A stretch of 64,000 nt of DNA from NCBI RefSeq assembly GCF_001194135.2, contig NC_068985.1, positions 4,913,703 to 4,977,702 of the forward strand. Direction: 5' to 3'. Numbering within the stretch: the first letter of the stretch is position 1; each line of letters starts with the position of its first letter. This stretch comes from Octopus bimaculoides. Lineage: Eukaryota. This document shows, in pieces, positions 36,121-50,829 of this stretch. Under the pieces are notes generated by a model. It was not told where the DNA came from. It saw only the letters and a list, made by a program, of their open reading frames with translations, and did not search any database. A program made the position numbers and the translations under genes.

Positions 36121-36584
36121 TAGCTATGGCCTATGCCAGCATCACATAACTGCCCAACAATCGCAGAGAATTCTTAAATGGACCAATGTGCTGTGCTTGA
36201 GAAGAGATATTGAGTCAAGGAAAATTGCTATAGTGGTTGATGCCAGTACCACCTGATTGGCTGCCATGTCGGTGACAAGTAAAAAGCACCATTCGAGCAT
36301 GGTCGATGCCAGTCCCGCCAGACTGGCTCCTGTGCTGGTGGCACATAAGCACTATTCCAAGTGTGGCCAATGCCAGTGCTGCCTGACTAGCTCCATGCTG
36401 GTGGCATGTAAAAAGTATCCACTACACTCTCGGAGTGGTTGGCGTTAGGAAGGGCATCCAGCTGTAGAAACCTTGCCAAATCAGATTGGAGCTTGATGCA
36501 GCCTCCTGGCTTGCCAGTCCTCAATCAAACCATCCAACCCATGCCAGCATGGAAAGGGGACGTTAAATGATGATGATGATATGA

Positions 36585-36672
<88 letters not shown>

Positions 36673-38840
36673 GGTTGCAGTTCAATAACTGAAACAAAGA
36701 TAAAACATATGAGTTGGGCTGCTAATCCATCTAACTCATGCCAGCATGGAAAGTGGATGTAAACGATGATGATGTTGACATTGTTGCTTGTCACTTGAGT
36801 AACAGAAACTAGCAATCAGTTTCTGTGACACAGGAGCCCTGATAAATACAAGGGATGGTTTTATTGGTAATATTATTACTGGAATCAAATGACAATAAAA
36901 GGTTATCTCTCTGTATGTATTGTTTATAGTTTCAGCTTAGAGCTGCGGCCATGCTGATGTACTACCTAGCGTTATATGAAGAAGCATGTGTAAGGGGTGT
37001 AATGCTGTATGGTGGTGAGTCGTGCCTAAAAATGCAGGAGACATCTGGATTTTCTTTTCTACTCTAGGCACAAGGCCCAACATTTTTGGGGAAGGGGCCT
37101 GTTGATTAGATCAACCCAGTATGCAACTGGTACTTAATTTATTGACTCTGAAAGGATGAAAGGCAAAGTCGACCTTGGCGGAATTTGAACTCAAAGCGTA
37201 AAGACAGATGAAATACCGCTAAGCATTTCACCCGGTGTGCTAACGTTTCTGCCAGCTCGCCACCTTAGGAGACCTCTGGATATTAGGAAGAAATATGTGG
37301 TGTTAACTTGGAATGAAAGGTATAGTATTAATGAGCTGAAAGTGGCTGGGCAATAAAGACATTGGCTAATGTGTGTAGGAGAATAAGTGCAGCACTGGTA
37401 TTGACAACTAAAGTAGATGGGAGGTGTATGTTGTTAAGGAAGGTATTCATGACCTGGAAGTGGTGAGATTAGAACTCCAGATGCTGAGCATTATTGATGA
37501 GATGACAGAACTGTCCAACCCATACTAGCATGGGAAAACAGACATTGACTTGTCATTATTCTCATTCATTTAATGTCTGTTTTCCATACTGGCATGGGTT
37601 GGATGGGTTAACAGATGCTGGCAAACTGGAGAGCTGCACCAGGCTCTGTTTGTCTGCTTTGGCTTGGTTTCAATAGTTGGATGCCCTTCCTAATCCCAAC
37701 CACTTTACAGAATCTACCAGGTGTTTTACATGCGGCACCAGGACCAGCGGGGTTGCCAGGTAACTTGCAAGTCAAAGACTGCTCAGCTGAAAGACCACTC
37801 AGCTGGAACCGAGGGAAGTGGCTGTGTGTCAGTTGAGAGGTTAGAGTATAATAGATGGGTGCAGAGGGATAGCTGTCTAATTATAAAGGAGATATTAATC
37901 ATCATCCCTTAATGTCTGTTTACCATGCTGTCATGGGTTGGCCGGTATGACTGAAAATTGGTAAGCTGGAGAGTAGCACCAAGTTCCTATCTGATTTGGC
38001 ATGATTTCTACAGCTGGATGCCCTTCCTAGCGCCAACCACTTTCTGCATGCCATCAGCATGGGTGTTAGTTACGAGACACCAGCATTGGCCACGACTATG
38101 ATCTCACTTGGCTTGACAGGTCTTCTCAAGTGAGTATATTACCAAAGGTCTTGGTCACTTGTCACTGCCTCTGTGAGGCCTAAAGTCTGAAGGGTGCTTC
38201 CTACTTGCCACCAACACGACTGCCAGTTACAAGACACTGGCATCAGCCACAGCTGTGATTTCACTTGGCTTGAGGAGTTTTGTTAAGCACAGCATATTGC
38301 CAAAGGTCTTGGTCACTTGTCATTGCCAACCATTTGAAGATCTTGCTTCACCACCGTGTCCCATCTTTTCCTTGGTCTCCCTCTCCTACAGGTTCCCTTC
38401 ACAGTTAGAGATCGGCACTTTTTCACACAGCTGTCTTCATCCATACACATCACACAACCATACCAGCACAGTTGTCTCTCTTGCACACCACATCTGCTGC
38501 ATCTTTATGCCCAGTTTTTTCCTCAAGATGCTTACACTGTCATACATTTACACTGACTTTGCACATCCAGTGAAACATTCTAGCTTCATTTCTTTCAAGT
38601 GTTGATGAATATTCTTTTTAACAAATCATCCTCTTTATTTCTCTTCATCATCATTTAATGTCCACTTCTTCCTGGAGATAATCATTCTGCAATACATCTA
38701 CTCACCAAGGTATTCTCAGAGTTAACCTGACTGTCAGATTTTTAATCTTGTTTTTTTTATTTGCATTGATGGTTTCATTATAATTTGTGTCAGTTATCTA
38801 TTTCTGTTTTGTTATGGCTCAATTCCATTTCTATTTCCAG

Positions 38841-38978
38841 AGAAATTCCACAAGAACTCAGCAGAGAAGCTAAAGGAGGTAAAATTAATTTAAACATCAA
38901 TGATTATCACACTAAGGATTACGTTCCACCAAAGGAAACAGTTGCTGCTTTCTCAGGCAAAGGACATATGCTTGGAAG
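38841..38978 (+). CDS. NSFL1C: p47 exon 7 (SEP end and second SHP box FSGKGHMLG)
   Basis: TTTCCAG acceptor; EIPQEL...FSGKGHMLG; donor GTGAAG. Confidence 0.93.
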
Positions 38979-41750
38979 GTGAAGTTTACATATTATTATT
39001 ATTACTATTATTATTAAGGCAGTGAGCTGGCAGAAACGTTGGCACACCGGGTGAAATGCTTAGCGGTATTTCATCTGTCTTTATGTTCTGAGTTCAAATT
39101 CCACTGCGGTCGACTTTGCCTTTCATCCTTTCGGGGTCAATAAATTAAGTACCAGTTGCGTACTGGGGTTGAAGTAACTGACTGGCTCTCTCCCCAAAAA
39201 TTTTGGGCCTTGTACTTAGAGTAGAAAAGATTATTATTATTGAGTGAAAGAGCAGCGCATGCCATCAAAGTGACACTGGGGTACAAATATACGAAGCACA
39301 ATATACCCATCATGTCTACCCATCTGACAAGAGTACACCAAGCACATGTATCGCAACCATATGTGCACAACATGGTGACCTCATATCAAGATAAACAGCG
39401 CATGACCTTGCAGGTGGGGTCAAGTTAGAATTTTCTTCGGGTCAAGTAGCCCATTCTGCTCAAAAGGTCCCTAATAAGGTTTGTTTAAGGATGAGGAAGG
39501 AAACACCCATGTTTCCAGAGGTGAATTATTCAAACCCCTTGCCCACTTCCCTCTCAGTTACCTTTACTCCCCACCTAGCTATCTTACTTCTCCTTTCTAC
39601 TGTCTCCACCAATCACCTCCTTTCTGTGTCTTTTCTTCCCTCCCTGAGGTGCTCTCCATCATTAACACCTTATTTGCCTGATATCACCCTCAATGCCCTC
39701 ACATATCTTCTGTAACCCCTGCCCCTAAGCCTCGCCTATATTTCTCTCCATCATTTACTACAGCCACCTCATCCTGTCTATTAATCGAGCCCACCTCTCC
39801 TGTTCTACTCCCTCCCCTCATGTCAGTTGAGGGCATGGCCTGACACATCTCTGCCCTCATTTCTCTCACTCTCACACTGGGGTATCCATGTATCTACTCT
39901 GCAGCATGACACCTATCTCTCGCCCCTTTATACCTTGAATCTTTCAATTGGCACAAAACTACTCCCATCACTACAACTCCCCCTTATTCCCAGTTGCAAG
40001 TTTTGTTTTGCAAGGTACTTGGTGACTCAGTTGGTACTGGTGCCGTGTAAAAATCACTAGTATTGGTATCGCATAAAAAGCACCTGGTACACTGTGTAAA
40101 GTGGTTGGCATCCAGCTGTAGAAACCATGATAAAAAAGACAAGTGGAGCCTGGTGCAGCCCTCTGGCTTGCCAGCTCCTGTCAAACCGTCCAACCCATGC
40201 CAGCATAGAAAACAAATGTTAAATGTTGATGATGACATTGTGGGTTCAAATTCTTCCATGATATGAATATACTAGCAAATCTACCCATCTACTATGGAGC
40301 CATAAGATGAGGGTGTGAAGTCATAACAGCAGTATGTATTGAGATATGTGTAAATGGATTTGATAGAATACTGGGTGATGTCTTAGAGAAATCACATTAT
40401 TGTTGATGATACAGCATTGTATTGCAGCTATATGACATGTTTTTTTAATGCTAAAAACCTTCCTGATGGCTATTTTTGTAATCCCGAAAAATATCGTAAC
40501 CAATGGTCCAGGTGTCTGGCCGTGAAAAGGGTACAGATAAAGAGGCAGACAGAGGGACATAACACCCATTATAATAAGATAGAAAATCTGCCAATCTACA
40601 ATGGAAAATAAAGGGATTGTATTGCAAATCTAAACCCTCTAAATTCATGAACTATACGGGGGTGGAAATCTGGAGTTTAACATTTTTTTTCACTAAAAGC
40701 CTTCCTGATTACCTCCTTCGTAATCACAAAAAACATTCTGACCCTTGGTCCAGCTGTTTGACCATGATGAGGAAACAGACAGATAAGCAGACATAATGCC
40801 CATTATAGTAAGATTCCAGTCAAATACTAGGTTCTGTTAAATAAATGACACTATTTTTACAAAATTACATGCATTGTGTCAGTGATCTTATTATTTTGTT
40901 GGTCAATGATAAAGCGTCATTGTTTGATCTCAGATCAGCTATGCCTGAGGAGATCTCTGATTAAAAGCATTCCTGTGGATACTATTCTATCTTTTTCCTC
41001 AGCACAATGCACCTAGGAAAATGTTGTTCACTGTGACCTTCCTTGAGAATGATTTTTGAAGGAACTGTGACTTATTTCTAGCAAGTCATGCATTCTCATA
41101 GGGGTCATATCTGTTGGAGAAAATATTTGGTCAAAGACATTCCAATTGTGAACATCCCATCTTGGACTGCTCAGTTGAACCAACCCCAGTACTTTATTTT
41201 TCTGTAAAGCTTGCTGCTTATTCCATTGATCTTTTTTGCCAAACTGCTAAGTTATGTGGATGTAAACACACCAACACCAGTTGTCAAGCAATGGTGAGGG
41301 ACAAACGCAGACACAAATACACACATATGAGCTTCATACAGTTTCCCTCTACCATATCCATTCACAAAGTCTGAGGTTGTAGTAGAAGACACTTGCTCAC
41401 GGTGCCGTGCATTGGGACTGAACCCAGAACCATGTGGTTGGGAAGTAAACTATAAAACTATAATGGTTATTTATTTACTTTACTCCTGGTTACTGTACAG
41501 CAATGATAAATTCTTGTGAGTTGAACCTGCTACAATTTATTTTCAGTTTTCGTCATTGCCATTGAGAAAAGCACTGTCATTACGATTTTCCTTCAACTCT
41601 TCTTTCAAATATTCCAGTCATAGTTCCTGTGAACAAAGCCCTAATTATACTCATTTTCATTTATTAATTCTTTTATATACTGTTTAAAAGTAACTAACTC
41701 AAAATAACCTTAATCTTTTTCCCCTCCTCTTATTCTTTTTCTTCATAAAG

Positions 41751-41885
41751 TCCTTTACCTGGTATGGTATCTACGACCAACACGTCCCCAGCAACTTCAG
41801 CTTCCAGTGCTCCAGTATCAAACATTGAAGTTAATAAATCTTTACCTACCACAAATCTGCAAATTCGACTTTCTGATGGATCAAG
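41751..41885 (+). CDS. NSFL1C: p47 exon 8 (linker and UBX start, TTNLQIRLSDGS)
   Basis: Long pyrimidine tract plus AAAG acceptor; UBX QIRL motif; donor GTAAAT. Confidence 0.93.
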
Positions 41886-44497
41886 GTAAATTCTCTATTA
41901 TTCCTTCTCTTTATCTATAAGCTGCTAAAATTCTGTGATTGCTTGCATGCATGCTTGTCTGTAATTTAATACAGCCAAACTGGTGCATAATAAGAAAATA
42001 CTCTGAAAGGAAGAAACCCCTGAAATGTGAATACAAACGGAATAAAATGGGTTTTGTGTAAATTGGACCACAAATTCCTGAGATATGCAGTTTTTTTTGG
42101 TACCTTCATAAATAGGCAAAATGGCGCATAATGGGAAAGTACTCCGAAAGTACCCTGATATGGGTATATATAATACTGTGAAAATTGTTTCCATTAATTT
42201 TATGTTATATAACAATTCATTTTGCATTTTTGTAGAGGTGTGCACATATGCCCTAAATAAATGTTGTTACTGGAGTTCAAGTTTATTCTTTAAGTTCTAT
42301 TTCTCTTAGATGCTGTAAATAATCAATAAAATCGTAAACATGAACTTGTAAACCATTCCTATGATGACATAAAAGATTTGAAATAGTTAACTGAATCATC
42401 ATAAAATTAACTTTCAATGCAATGTTGAAATCAGCTTCAGTGTTTTATAACCTGAACCATCAGTGACCCAATGGGTCAGGGGTAGTCTAGTCTTATATAA
42501 AATTCATATATCGTCATTATCATTATCATTGTCATCACTTAATGTCTGCTTTTTTTGCTAGCATGGGTTGAATGGTTTGACAAGAGCCGGCAAGCTGCAC
42601 TGAGCTCCAGTTGTCTATTTTGGCATGGCTTGTAAGGCTGGATGCCCTTCCTAATGCCAACCACTTTACAGAGTGTACTGGATGATTTTTACATAGCACC
42701 AGTACAGGGGCTTTTTACGTGGCACAGGCACAGTTGCTTTTTATGTGCCAAGACAAAGACCTCATACTTTATCAAAATGAAGTTGATGGCACATGGTACA
42801 TCTTTTTCCTTCTTGAGATTTTTTATTTCATTTTACATCTGTCTCTTACGAAAATGCTTTGTTATTTTCAATAAGACATCGCTACCTGAAGCCAATGTGT
42901 TGTTATGCTTTTGTTTTTTCTTGTGACCTGCTCTCTCTTCATCATCATCATCATTTAATGTTTGCTGTCCATGCTGGCATGGGTTGGACGGGTTGACTGT
43001 GCTGGAAGGCTGCACCAGATTCCAGTCTGATTTGGCATGGTTTTCTACGGCTGGATGCCCTTCGTAACGCCAACCACTCCAAGTGTGTAATGGGTACTTT
43101 TACGTGTTACCAGCACAAACAATAATACATTCGTTCTTCCTACATTTTGATAGAGTCAAAAAGTGAATATCTCATCATTGTTGTTTATCATCATCAGAGC
43201 ACATACCCTCCTTTTGCGTGTTCATAACATGCGATTCATCAGTGTAAAGGGATTTTGTGACAATACAGTTATAACCTTGTTGCATATCTCCTCAATCACA
43301 ACTACTCCTGAATGAAGAGTTCAGTCCCTTGATTATATCAACAAATTATTGTTGATGTCTGCTACACAGATATTCACATTCAAATCTACCAGAACATATC
43401 AAGAATGAGTAAATACATTATTGTTAGGACTCTTACTGTTCTTTGTGCATCTCATTAATTATTACCAGTTTGGCAGACAACAGCAAATCATTTATTTGCT
43501 GATTTTTGCTATAAATCCACTGGTTCTGGTGGGTTCGAGAAGATACGTCAAACTCAGTAAAATTGTGGCCATCTATGCATACAGGCTTGTCTTTGCAGGT
43601 GCTGGTGCCACATAAAATGCAATTGTGCTGGTGCTATGTAAATGCACTTGTTCCAGTGGCACATAAAATGCATCTAGTGCATACAAGAGAGACAGAGACA
43701 GGCAGAAACAAGGAAAATGCCCCTTGTATTTGAATACTGTACAAATATTCTTTTAAAAAATTTTTTTTTTATTTTTCCAAAATTTAATTGTTTTCCATAC
43801 TTAGAGGAGAAAAAGTCTCAATGACTGAAACCGGTACTGAAATGTTTTTTTATAAAATTATTTTAGCATTTTCTATCCTGACTTTTTTCCATATATATAT
43901 CAACTCATGTGTTTCTTTTCAACCTTCTACATATATATATATATGTATCATCATCATCATCATCATCGCTTAACGTCCGCTTTCCATGCTAGCATGGGTT
44001 GGACGATTTGACTGAGGACTGGTGAAACCGGATGGCAACACCAGGCTCCAATCCAATTTGGCAGAGTTTCTACAGCTGGATGCCCTTCCTAACGCCAACC
44101 ACTCAGAGAGTGTAGTGGGTGCTTTTACGNNNNNNNNNNNNNNNNNNNNNNNNNNNNNNNNNNNNNNNNNNNNNNNNNNNNNNNNNNNNNNNNNNNNNNN
44201 NNNNNNNNNNNNNNNNNNNNNNNNNNNNNNNNNNNNNNNNNNNNNNNNNNNNNNNNNNNNNNNNNNNNNNNNNNNNNNNNNNNNNNNNNNNNNNNNNNNN
44301 NNNNNNNNNNNNNNNNNNNNNNNNNNNNNNNNNNNNNNNNNNNNNNNNNNNNNNNNNNNNNNNNNNNNNNNNNNNNNNNNNNNNNNNNNNNNNNNNNNNN
44401 NNNNNNNNNNNNNNNNNNNNNNNNNNNNNNNNNNNNNNNNNNNNNNNNNNNNNNNNNNNNNNNNNNNNNNNNNNNNNNNNNNNNNNNNNNNNNNNNN

Positions 44498-44537
<40 letters not shown>

Positions 44538-45016
44538 CACACAGATACACAAACATATATTATCATCACCATCATTTAACATCCATTTTCCATGCTGGCA
44601 TGAGTTGGAAGGCTTGACAGGAACTGGCAAAGCCAGGGGCCACACCAGGTCCCATAGTCTGTTTTGACCTGGTTTCTACTGGTGGATGCCCTTCCTAATG
44701 CCAACTACTTTACAGAGTGTACTGGGTGCTTTTTATGTGGCACCTTGCATTTAGGCTATCACTTCTGTTGTGGTGGGTAGGTCTTGGGCATATGTGGATG
44801 TGTGTATGTGTATGCATTAATATGCATGTCTGTGTATATGAATGGATGTGAGTTCATGTGTTGGTGTTTCTGTTGTTGACACTTTTGTACAACTGGATTA
44901 ATATATTTGATTATGACTTAGTGTGATTGTCACCATCAACATCATTAACGCCATCACCATCATCACCGATGTATGCAGAAAAACGTATTTAAAATTTCAC
45001 TCTTGTATCTTTCCAG

Positions 45017-45076
45017 GATGACACTGAAGCTGAACCACACCCATCAAATTAGTGACATTAGGACACATATTTTATT
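45017..45076 (+). CDS. NSFL1C: p47 exon 9 (UBX): MTLKLNHTHQISDIRTHIL
   Basis: TTTCCAG acceptor; aligns with p47 FNHSHRISDIR; followed by GTATCCTTT. Confidence 0.92.
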
Positions 45077-45718
45077 GTATCCTTTCTTTTGATTTGTGCC
45101 TGTAGTTTCTTTTCTCATTGCTTTCCAACTTTTCAAACCTGGTGGCTATATGAACCCCAGATATAATCTCATTTGAACTCTAATCTATCAGATGTGAAAC
45201 TTGTACATAATAATAATAATAATAATAATAATGATAGGATTAGGGTGGGTTGTGGCTGTGTGATAAGAAGTTTGCTTCACAACCATACAGTTCTGGGTTC
45301 AGTCCTACTTCATGACACCTTGGGCAGGTATCTTCTACTAAAGCCTTGAGCCAACCAAAGCCTTGTGAGTGGATTTGATAGATGGAAACTGAAAGAGGCC
45401 TGTCATGTATGTATATATATATATATGTGAGTGTGTGTGTTTGTCCCCCATCACTGCTTGACAACTTTGTTGATGTATTTACATCCCTGTAACTTAGTGG
45501 TTTGGCAAAAGAGACTGATAGAATTAGTACTAGGTTTTTAAAATATAAAATAAGGACTGGGTTTGATTCATTTGACTAAAATTCTTCATGGTGGTGCCCC
45601 AGCATGGTCTCAGCCAATAACTGATTGAAGCAAATAAAAAAATAAACGATATTATTTTAGATAATGTGTCATTGTGTTCACATGTTATTTTTCTTGACTA
45701 GTTTTTTCTCCTTTGTAG
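45077..45718 (+). other. U12-type (minor spliceosome) GT-AG intron 9, phase 2
   Basis: 5' site GTATCCTTT is the U12 consensus. Branch-site-like TTTTTCTTGAC at 45688-45698, with its A 21 nt from the intron end. Splicing here restores the UBX reading frame. Confidence 0.85.
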
Positions 45719-45848
45719 ACAACATCCAGAATATGAAGGTCGTTCGTTCTTTTTGGCCACATATCCCAGCAAAGAGCTACAAAATGAGAGCTTAACACTA
45801 GCTGAAGGAAATCTTTTAAATGCTGTAATAATACAACGAATGAGATAA
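45719..45848 (+). CDS. NSFL1C: p47 exon 10 (UBX C-terminus): QHPEYEGRSFFLATYPSKELQNESLTLAEGNLLNAVIIQRMR*
   Basis: TTTGTAG acceptor; aligns with the p47 C-terminus KEL...NLLNAVIVQR; stop TAA at 45846-45848. Confidence 0.94.
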
Positions 45849-46320
45849 GCGAAGAAACTAACATTTCATTACGCTTTCTTATTTTCTGTTACCTAACCTA
45901 TCCAACTGATGGTGTAGAAATTTCTTAGGAAAGGTAACTTCTGTTCTCTGCTTTCTTTTCCTTTTTTTTTTGCCCCATTTAGCATGTTAAGTTAAAATGA
46001 AATAAAAAAATAAGTTAAAATCTCACTCTACTGTTTCAACACAGTTCCTAGCAGAGGCCATAATTAAAGGACAAAAAAAAAAGTTAAAAAAAAATTTTTT
46101 TCCAAGTCTTATGTGTATTTCTTGTTGACGTATCAATATTAATATTACAAATAATCATTAACTTGTTTCGTTATTGTTTTCATCTTGCTGCTACTTATGT
46201 TATGTCCAACTTGTATTCTCATCAGATAGTTGGTAAGATATTCAAGATGCATTAGAACCATGTTGAGAAGTGATGGCCACATGATTGTCACAAATAAAGT
46301 TTAATATCATGATAAAAGCG
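45849..46320 (+). terminator. Probable NSFL1C 3' UTR with candidate AATAAA poly(A) signals (about 46000 and about 46293)
   Basis: U-rich, repeat-free stretch after the stop codon containing two AATAAA hexamers; the cleavage site cannot be determined. Confidence 0.5.
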
Positions 46321-49300
46321 TGTATGTATATGTGCCTGTCTTCATGTATATGTTATTTCAGTGGGTTCTCTTCTATCTTTTACCTTTTACTTGTATTGGT
46401 CATTGGACAGCGGCCATGTTGGGGCACCATCATGAAGAACTTTTAGTTAAATGAATCGACCCTAGTACTTGTTTTTCTCTTTTTTTTTAAAGCCTGGTGC
46501 TTATCTGTCAATCTCTTTGCTGAACTGCTAAGTTACTGGGGGCATGAACACACCACCACCGGTTGTCAAGTGGCAGAGAAGGACACACACACACGAGCTA
46601 CTTTCAGTTTCCATGTACCAAATCCACTCTCAGGCCTTTGGTTGGCCCAAGGCTTTGGTAGAAGATACTTGCCCAAGGTGCTATGCAGTGGGACTGAACC
46701 CTGAACCATGCAGTTGGGAAACAAATTTCTTACCATACACTCACAGCGAGTGGATTTGGTTGAAGGAAACTGAAAGAAGCTTGTCGTATGTGTGTGTTTG
46801 TCCCCCGTCATTTCCTGACAACCGGTGTTAGTGCGTTTACATCTCTGTGACTTAGCAGTTTGGCACAAGAGACTGATAGAATAAGTACTAGGCTGAGAAA
46901 ACAAAAAAAGTATTGGGGGCCTTTCATTTGACTAAAACCTCTCCAAGGTGTTGCCCCAGCATGGCCACAGTCTAATGATTGAAACAAGTAAAAGATAAAA
47001 GACGATACTTATGATTGACACGGCAGCACATTTATTGATTTTATATTGTGTTTGGTAATCAATAGCCTGATTGGTTACTGGTTTCCAATCACCGGTTCAT
47101 TGTATGTCTGACAGTAGGAGTAACCATGGAGTGTCGGCATTTTGGTACAGAACGAAGGATTTCATTAAAAAAACACTGGATTTTTTGTATTTTTTTTTTT
47201 TTGCCGTTCTTTACAATATTTATTGATACCTGTTAGCAAAAGATATACCTACCTACATACATCTTCCTCCTCCTCATCATCATCATTTAACATCTGCTCT
47301 CCATGCTGGCATGAGTTAGACGGTTTGATTGGAGCTGATGAGCCGAAGAGCTGCATCAGGTTCCAGTTTGATTTAGCATGGTTTCTACAGCAGGATGCCC
47401 TTCCTAATGCCAACCATTCCAAGAGTGTAGTGAGTGCTTTTTACGTGTCACCGGCATGGGGCCAGTCAGGCGTACTGGCATCAACCATGTTTGGATGGTG
47501 CATTTTGTGTGCCACCAGCATGGTGATTAATAAACCAATGTGGTAAAACCAAAGTTCCACTTCTTAAACACATACAACACTTTAAAGGAATTTGTAGCTG
47601 TGTGTGTTTGTCTGAAGAATTGCAACTGCACTGATCTATACTGCATCTGTGTAGCTTCGTGAATGAGGAAGTGATGCAAGAAGCAGTGTTTTAATATTGT
47701 AGCCGTTTTTGATACTGTGACCACCACCACCACCACAAAAAGTCAGCATTATATTATTGGTTTTAAGAAGTTAAAATCTGGACCTGTGTTGAAAGTGGAG
47801 AATGGGAAATTGCTAAATGCTTGTGAGATGAGGCCATATTTTGAATCTGTTCAACTAGCAAAGGACATCCTTTTCCCATGGCTATCAACATTCAAAGGTA
47901 GATAAACATTCATGCATGTGTATCTACACATACTTCTTATGACACAGGCACAAGTGTAGCTGTGTGGAGAGAAGTTTGCTTCCCAGTCACATGTCTCCAG
48001 GTTCAGTCCCACTGTGTGGAACCTTGGGCAAATGTTTTTTTCTATTATGACTTCAGGCCAACCAAAGCCTTCTGAGTAGATTTGGTAGATGGAAACTGAA
48101 AGAAGCCTATTGAACATGTGTGTGTACCTTTGTGCCTGTCCACCAACACTGCTAACTGTTGATGAGTTGTTTGCATCCCCATGACTTAGTGGTCTGGCAA
48201 GTGAGACTGATAGAATAAGTATCAGGCTTTTAAAAAATGTAAGTACTGGGGTCGATTCAATTTGACTAAAAGTTCTTTAAGGTAGTGCTCCAGCATGGCC
48301 ACAGTCTGTTGACTGAAACGGGTAAAAGTACACTGTTGAATGTCTTGACTCTTCTGAGTTGAGCCAACTTTTAACAGATTTTGCTTTTCATTTCACAGGA
48401 TGTCCCATGTATCACCTTTGTCACCAAACAAGCATGATGGGGTTATCTGTTTACTTACACGGCATGAGTAGTGGTCATATGTACACGCATACTCTTGCAA
48501 ACATGCATACATATGTATGAGACTCGTATTGTAATACATAAGCAACATTATTCAGCAAAGAAAAAGCCCACCATCTATTTTTCTTGAGTTTGCAAGCATG
48601 CAAATAAGATCCCATTGGGAGATTGTGGTCATAGATACAGGCATACCCTTTATACCTCATCTGACTCATAGCCACTTCCTTCAGTTTCACTCCCGCTCTC
48701 AACTGGAAGATCTTTGTCTTGCAAGCTACTTGGTGGCCCCACTGGTGCTACATCAAAGGCACCCTTGTTGATGCCACATGAAAAGCACCCATGCTGGTGC
48801 CACATAAAAAGCACCTGTGCTGGTTCCATTTAAAAAGCATTCAGTACACAGTGTAAGGAGGCATATGGCCTAGGGGTTAGAGCAGCGGACTTGCAGTCGA
48901 GGGATTGTGGGTTCAAATCTCAGACCGGGCGATATGTGTGTTTATGAGTGAAACACCTAAGTTCCATGCAGCTCTGGCAGAAGGTAATGGCAAACTTCTG
49001 CTGACTCTTTTGCCACAACTTTCTTTCTCTCTTTCCTCCTGCATTTAACAGCTGACCTGCGACAGACTGGCATCCCATCCAGGTGGGGAACCTATATGCC
49101 AATGAAGCTGGGAAACCGCTCCTTATGAGCCAGGCATGGTTTGAGAAGGAACAAACATACACACACACACTGTTTAAAGTGGTTAGTGTTAGGAAGGGCA
49201 TCCAGCCATAAAGGTCATGCCAAAACACAACTGGAGCCTGGTGTAGCTTTCTGGCTTGGCACCTCCTGTCAAACTAACTCATGTCAGTATGGAAAATAGA

Positions 49301-50829
49301 TGTTAAATGATGACGGCGATGGATGCTAATGAACTTGAAGAGAAACATGAAATAAAAATCTGACACAGGTCTCTCTTTAAGGAACGTGAGAAAATCCTAC
49401 TTAACTCTGCAACAAAAGAAAAAAATAGACTTGTGGAGAAAGTAATGTACATGAATATTTGCAATGAAATTCTGTTTGATACTGACAAATACTTGGCATA
49501 TACAAACTGTTCAGGGAATGAGGGAAAACAGTAAAAGGTGACTTAGAGACTACAAACACTGCAGATTTCAGGTAAGAATATTCTTATTCTATAGAGTATA
49601 GTCAAAGCTCATATCATCTTATTTTCAAACAAATACTATCAGTGATACCTCCATGCAATTCAGCAGCGACAACTGATGTCAGCTGTGTAAACCCCAAAAC
49701 GTGCGATTTTCTGGCCCAGAACAATCTTAATTAGAGTGATTAAAAAAATACCTCTGAGTGGTTGGCGTTAGGAAGGGCATCCAGCTGTAGAAACTCTGCC
49801 AAATCAGACTGGAGCCTGGTGTTGCCATCCGGTTTCACCAGTCCTCAGTCAAATCGTCCAACCCATGCTAGCATGGAGAGCGGACGTTAAACGATGATGA
49901 TGATGATGATGATGAAGACAAACATTCTGGGAATGATAGATCAAAGGAATATTGATGGAATGTAAGAATGATGACAACCAAATTTAAGCATGAAATTGCA
50001 GATTTTTATTGTTCCAGATAGCAACTGTAACATGTGAATTATGGAACTATTTTCTTTCTCCAAGAATCTAAATTCCATCATAATTAGATCCAGGCAGATT
50101 GGTACATATCTTGCTGCTCTGAGTGAAAAGCTAAGAGTACAGTTTGGCTTACAAGATCTGCAGACTCCAGACACATTGATACTTAATATTCACCTGACTT
50201 CCATAACAGAAGTTTTATTTCCAGGTTCAGGCGTGGCTGTGTGGTAAGATGTCTTGCTTCCCAACCACATCGTTCCAAGTTCAGTCCTTCTCACTGGCTC
50301 GGGAACAAAATTTGCTTAGGGGATGCAAACCGTGTTTGTTTGTTTGCTTGTTCTTGGACAAGATATCTCGAAGAACTGCTGGATGGATTTGGATGAAACT
50401 TTCAGGGATGTTTGACCTCATGAACTTATTAAATTTTGGGATTGATTCGGTACCAGACAAGGATTCTGGATTATTTTCTGTTTTTTTTTTTTAATTTTGA
50501 AGATGGTCAGGTTCATTTTTAGTATTGTTGTTTGTGAGAGCATTCAAGTTTATTTCAGATATTCTCATTTTAAAGATCATCTCTGGCTCAACTTTGAGAG
50601 GACGTTGGTGCTGCCTTGGCAGAGGTTTGGGCTCTCTGACTCTTCTTGTTTATTTATGTTCTTTGAGAAGAGACCTAATTCAGGCTACTTTTTACAGATA
50701 ATTTTTTACTCATTTTTGCTAAACCTGAGAAAAATAAGTAGGGGTGTAAATTTTGATTTTGCACCCCACAAAAATTTTAGGGTGTGCAAATGAGAATGCA
50801 GGGACAGTTTGAATGGAATACACAAGACG

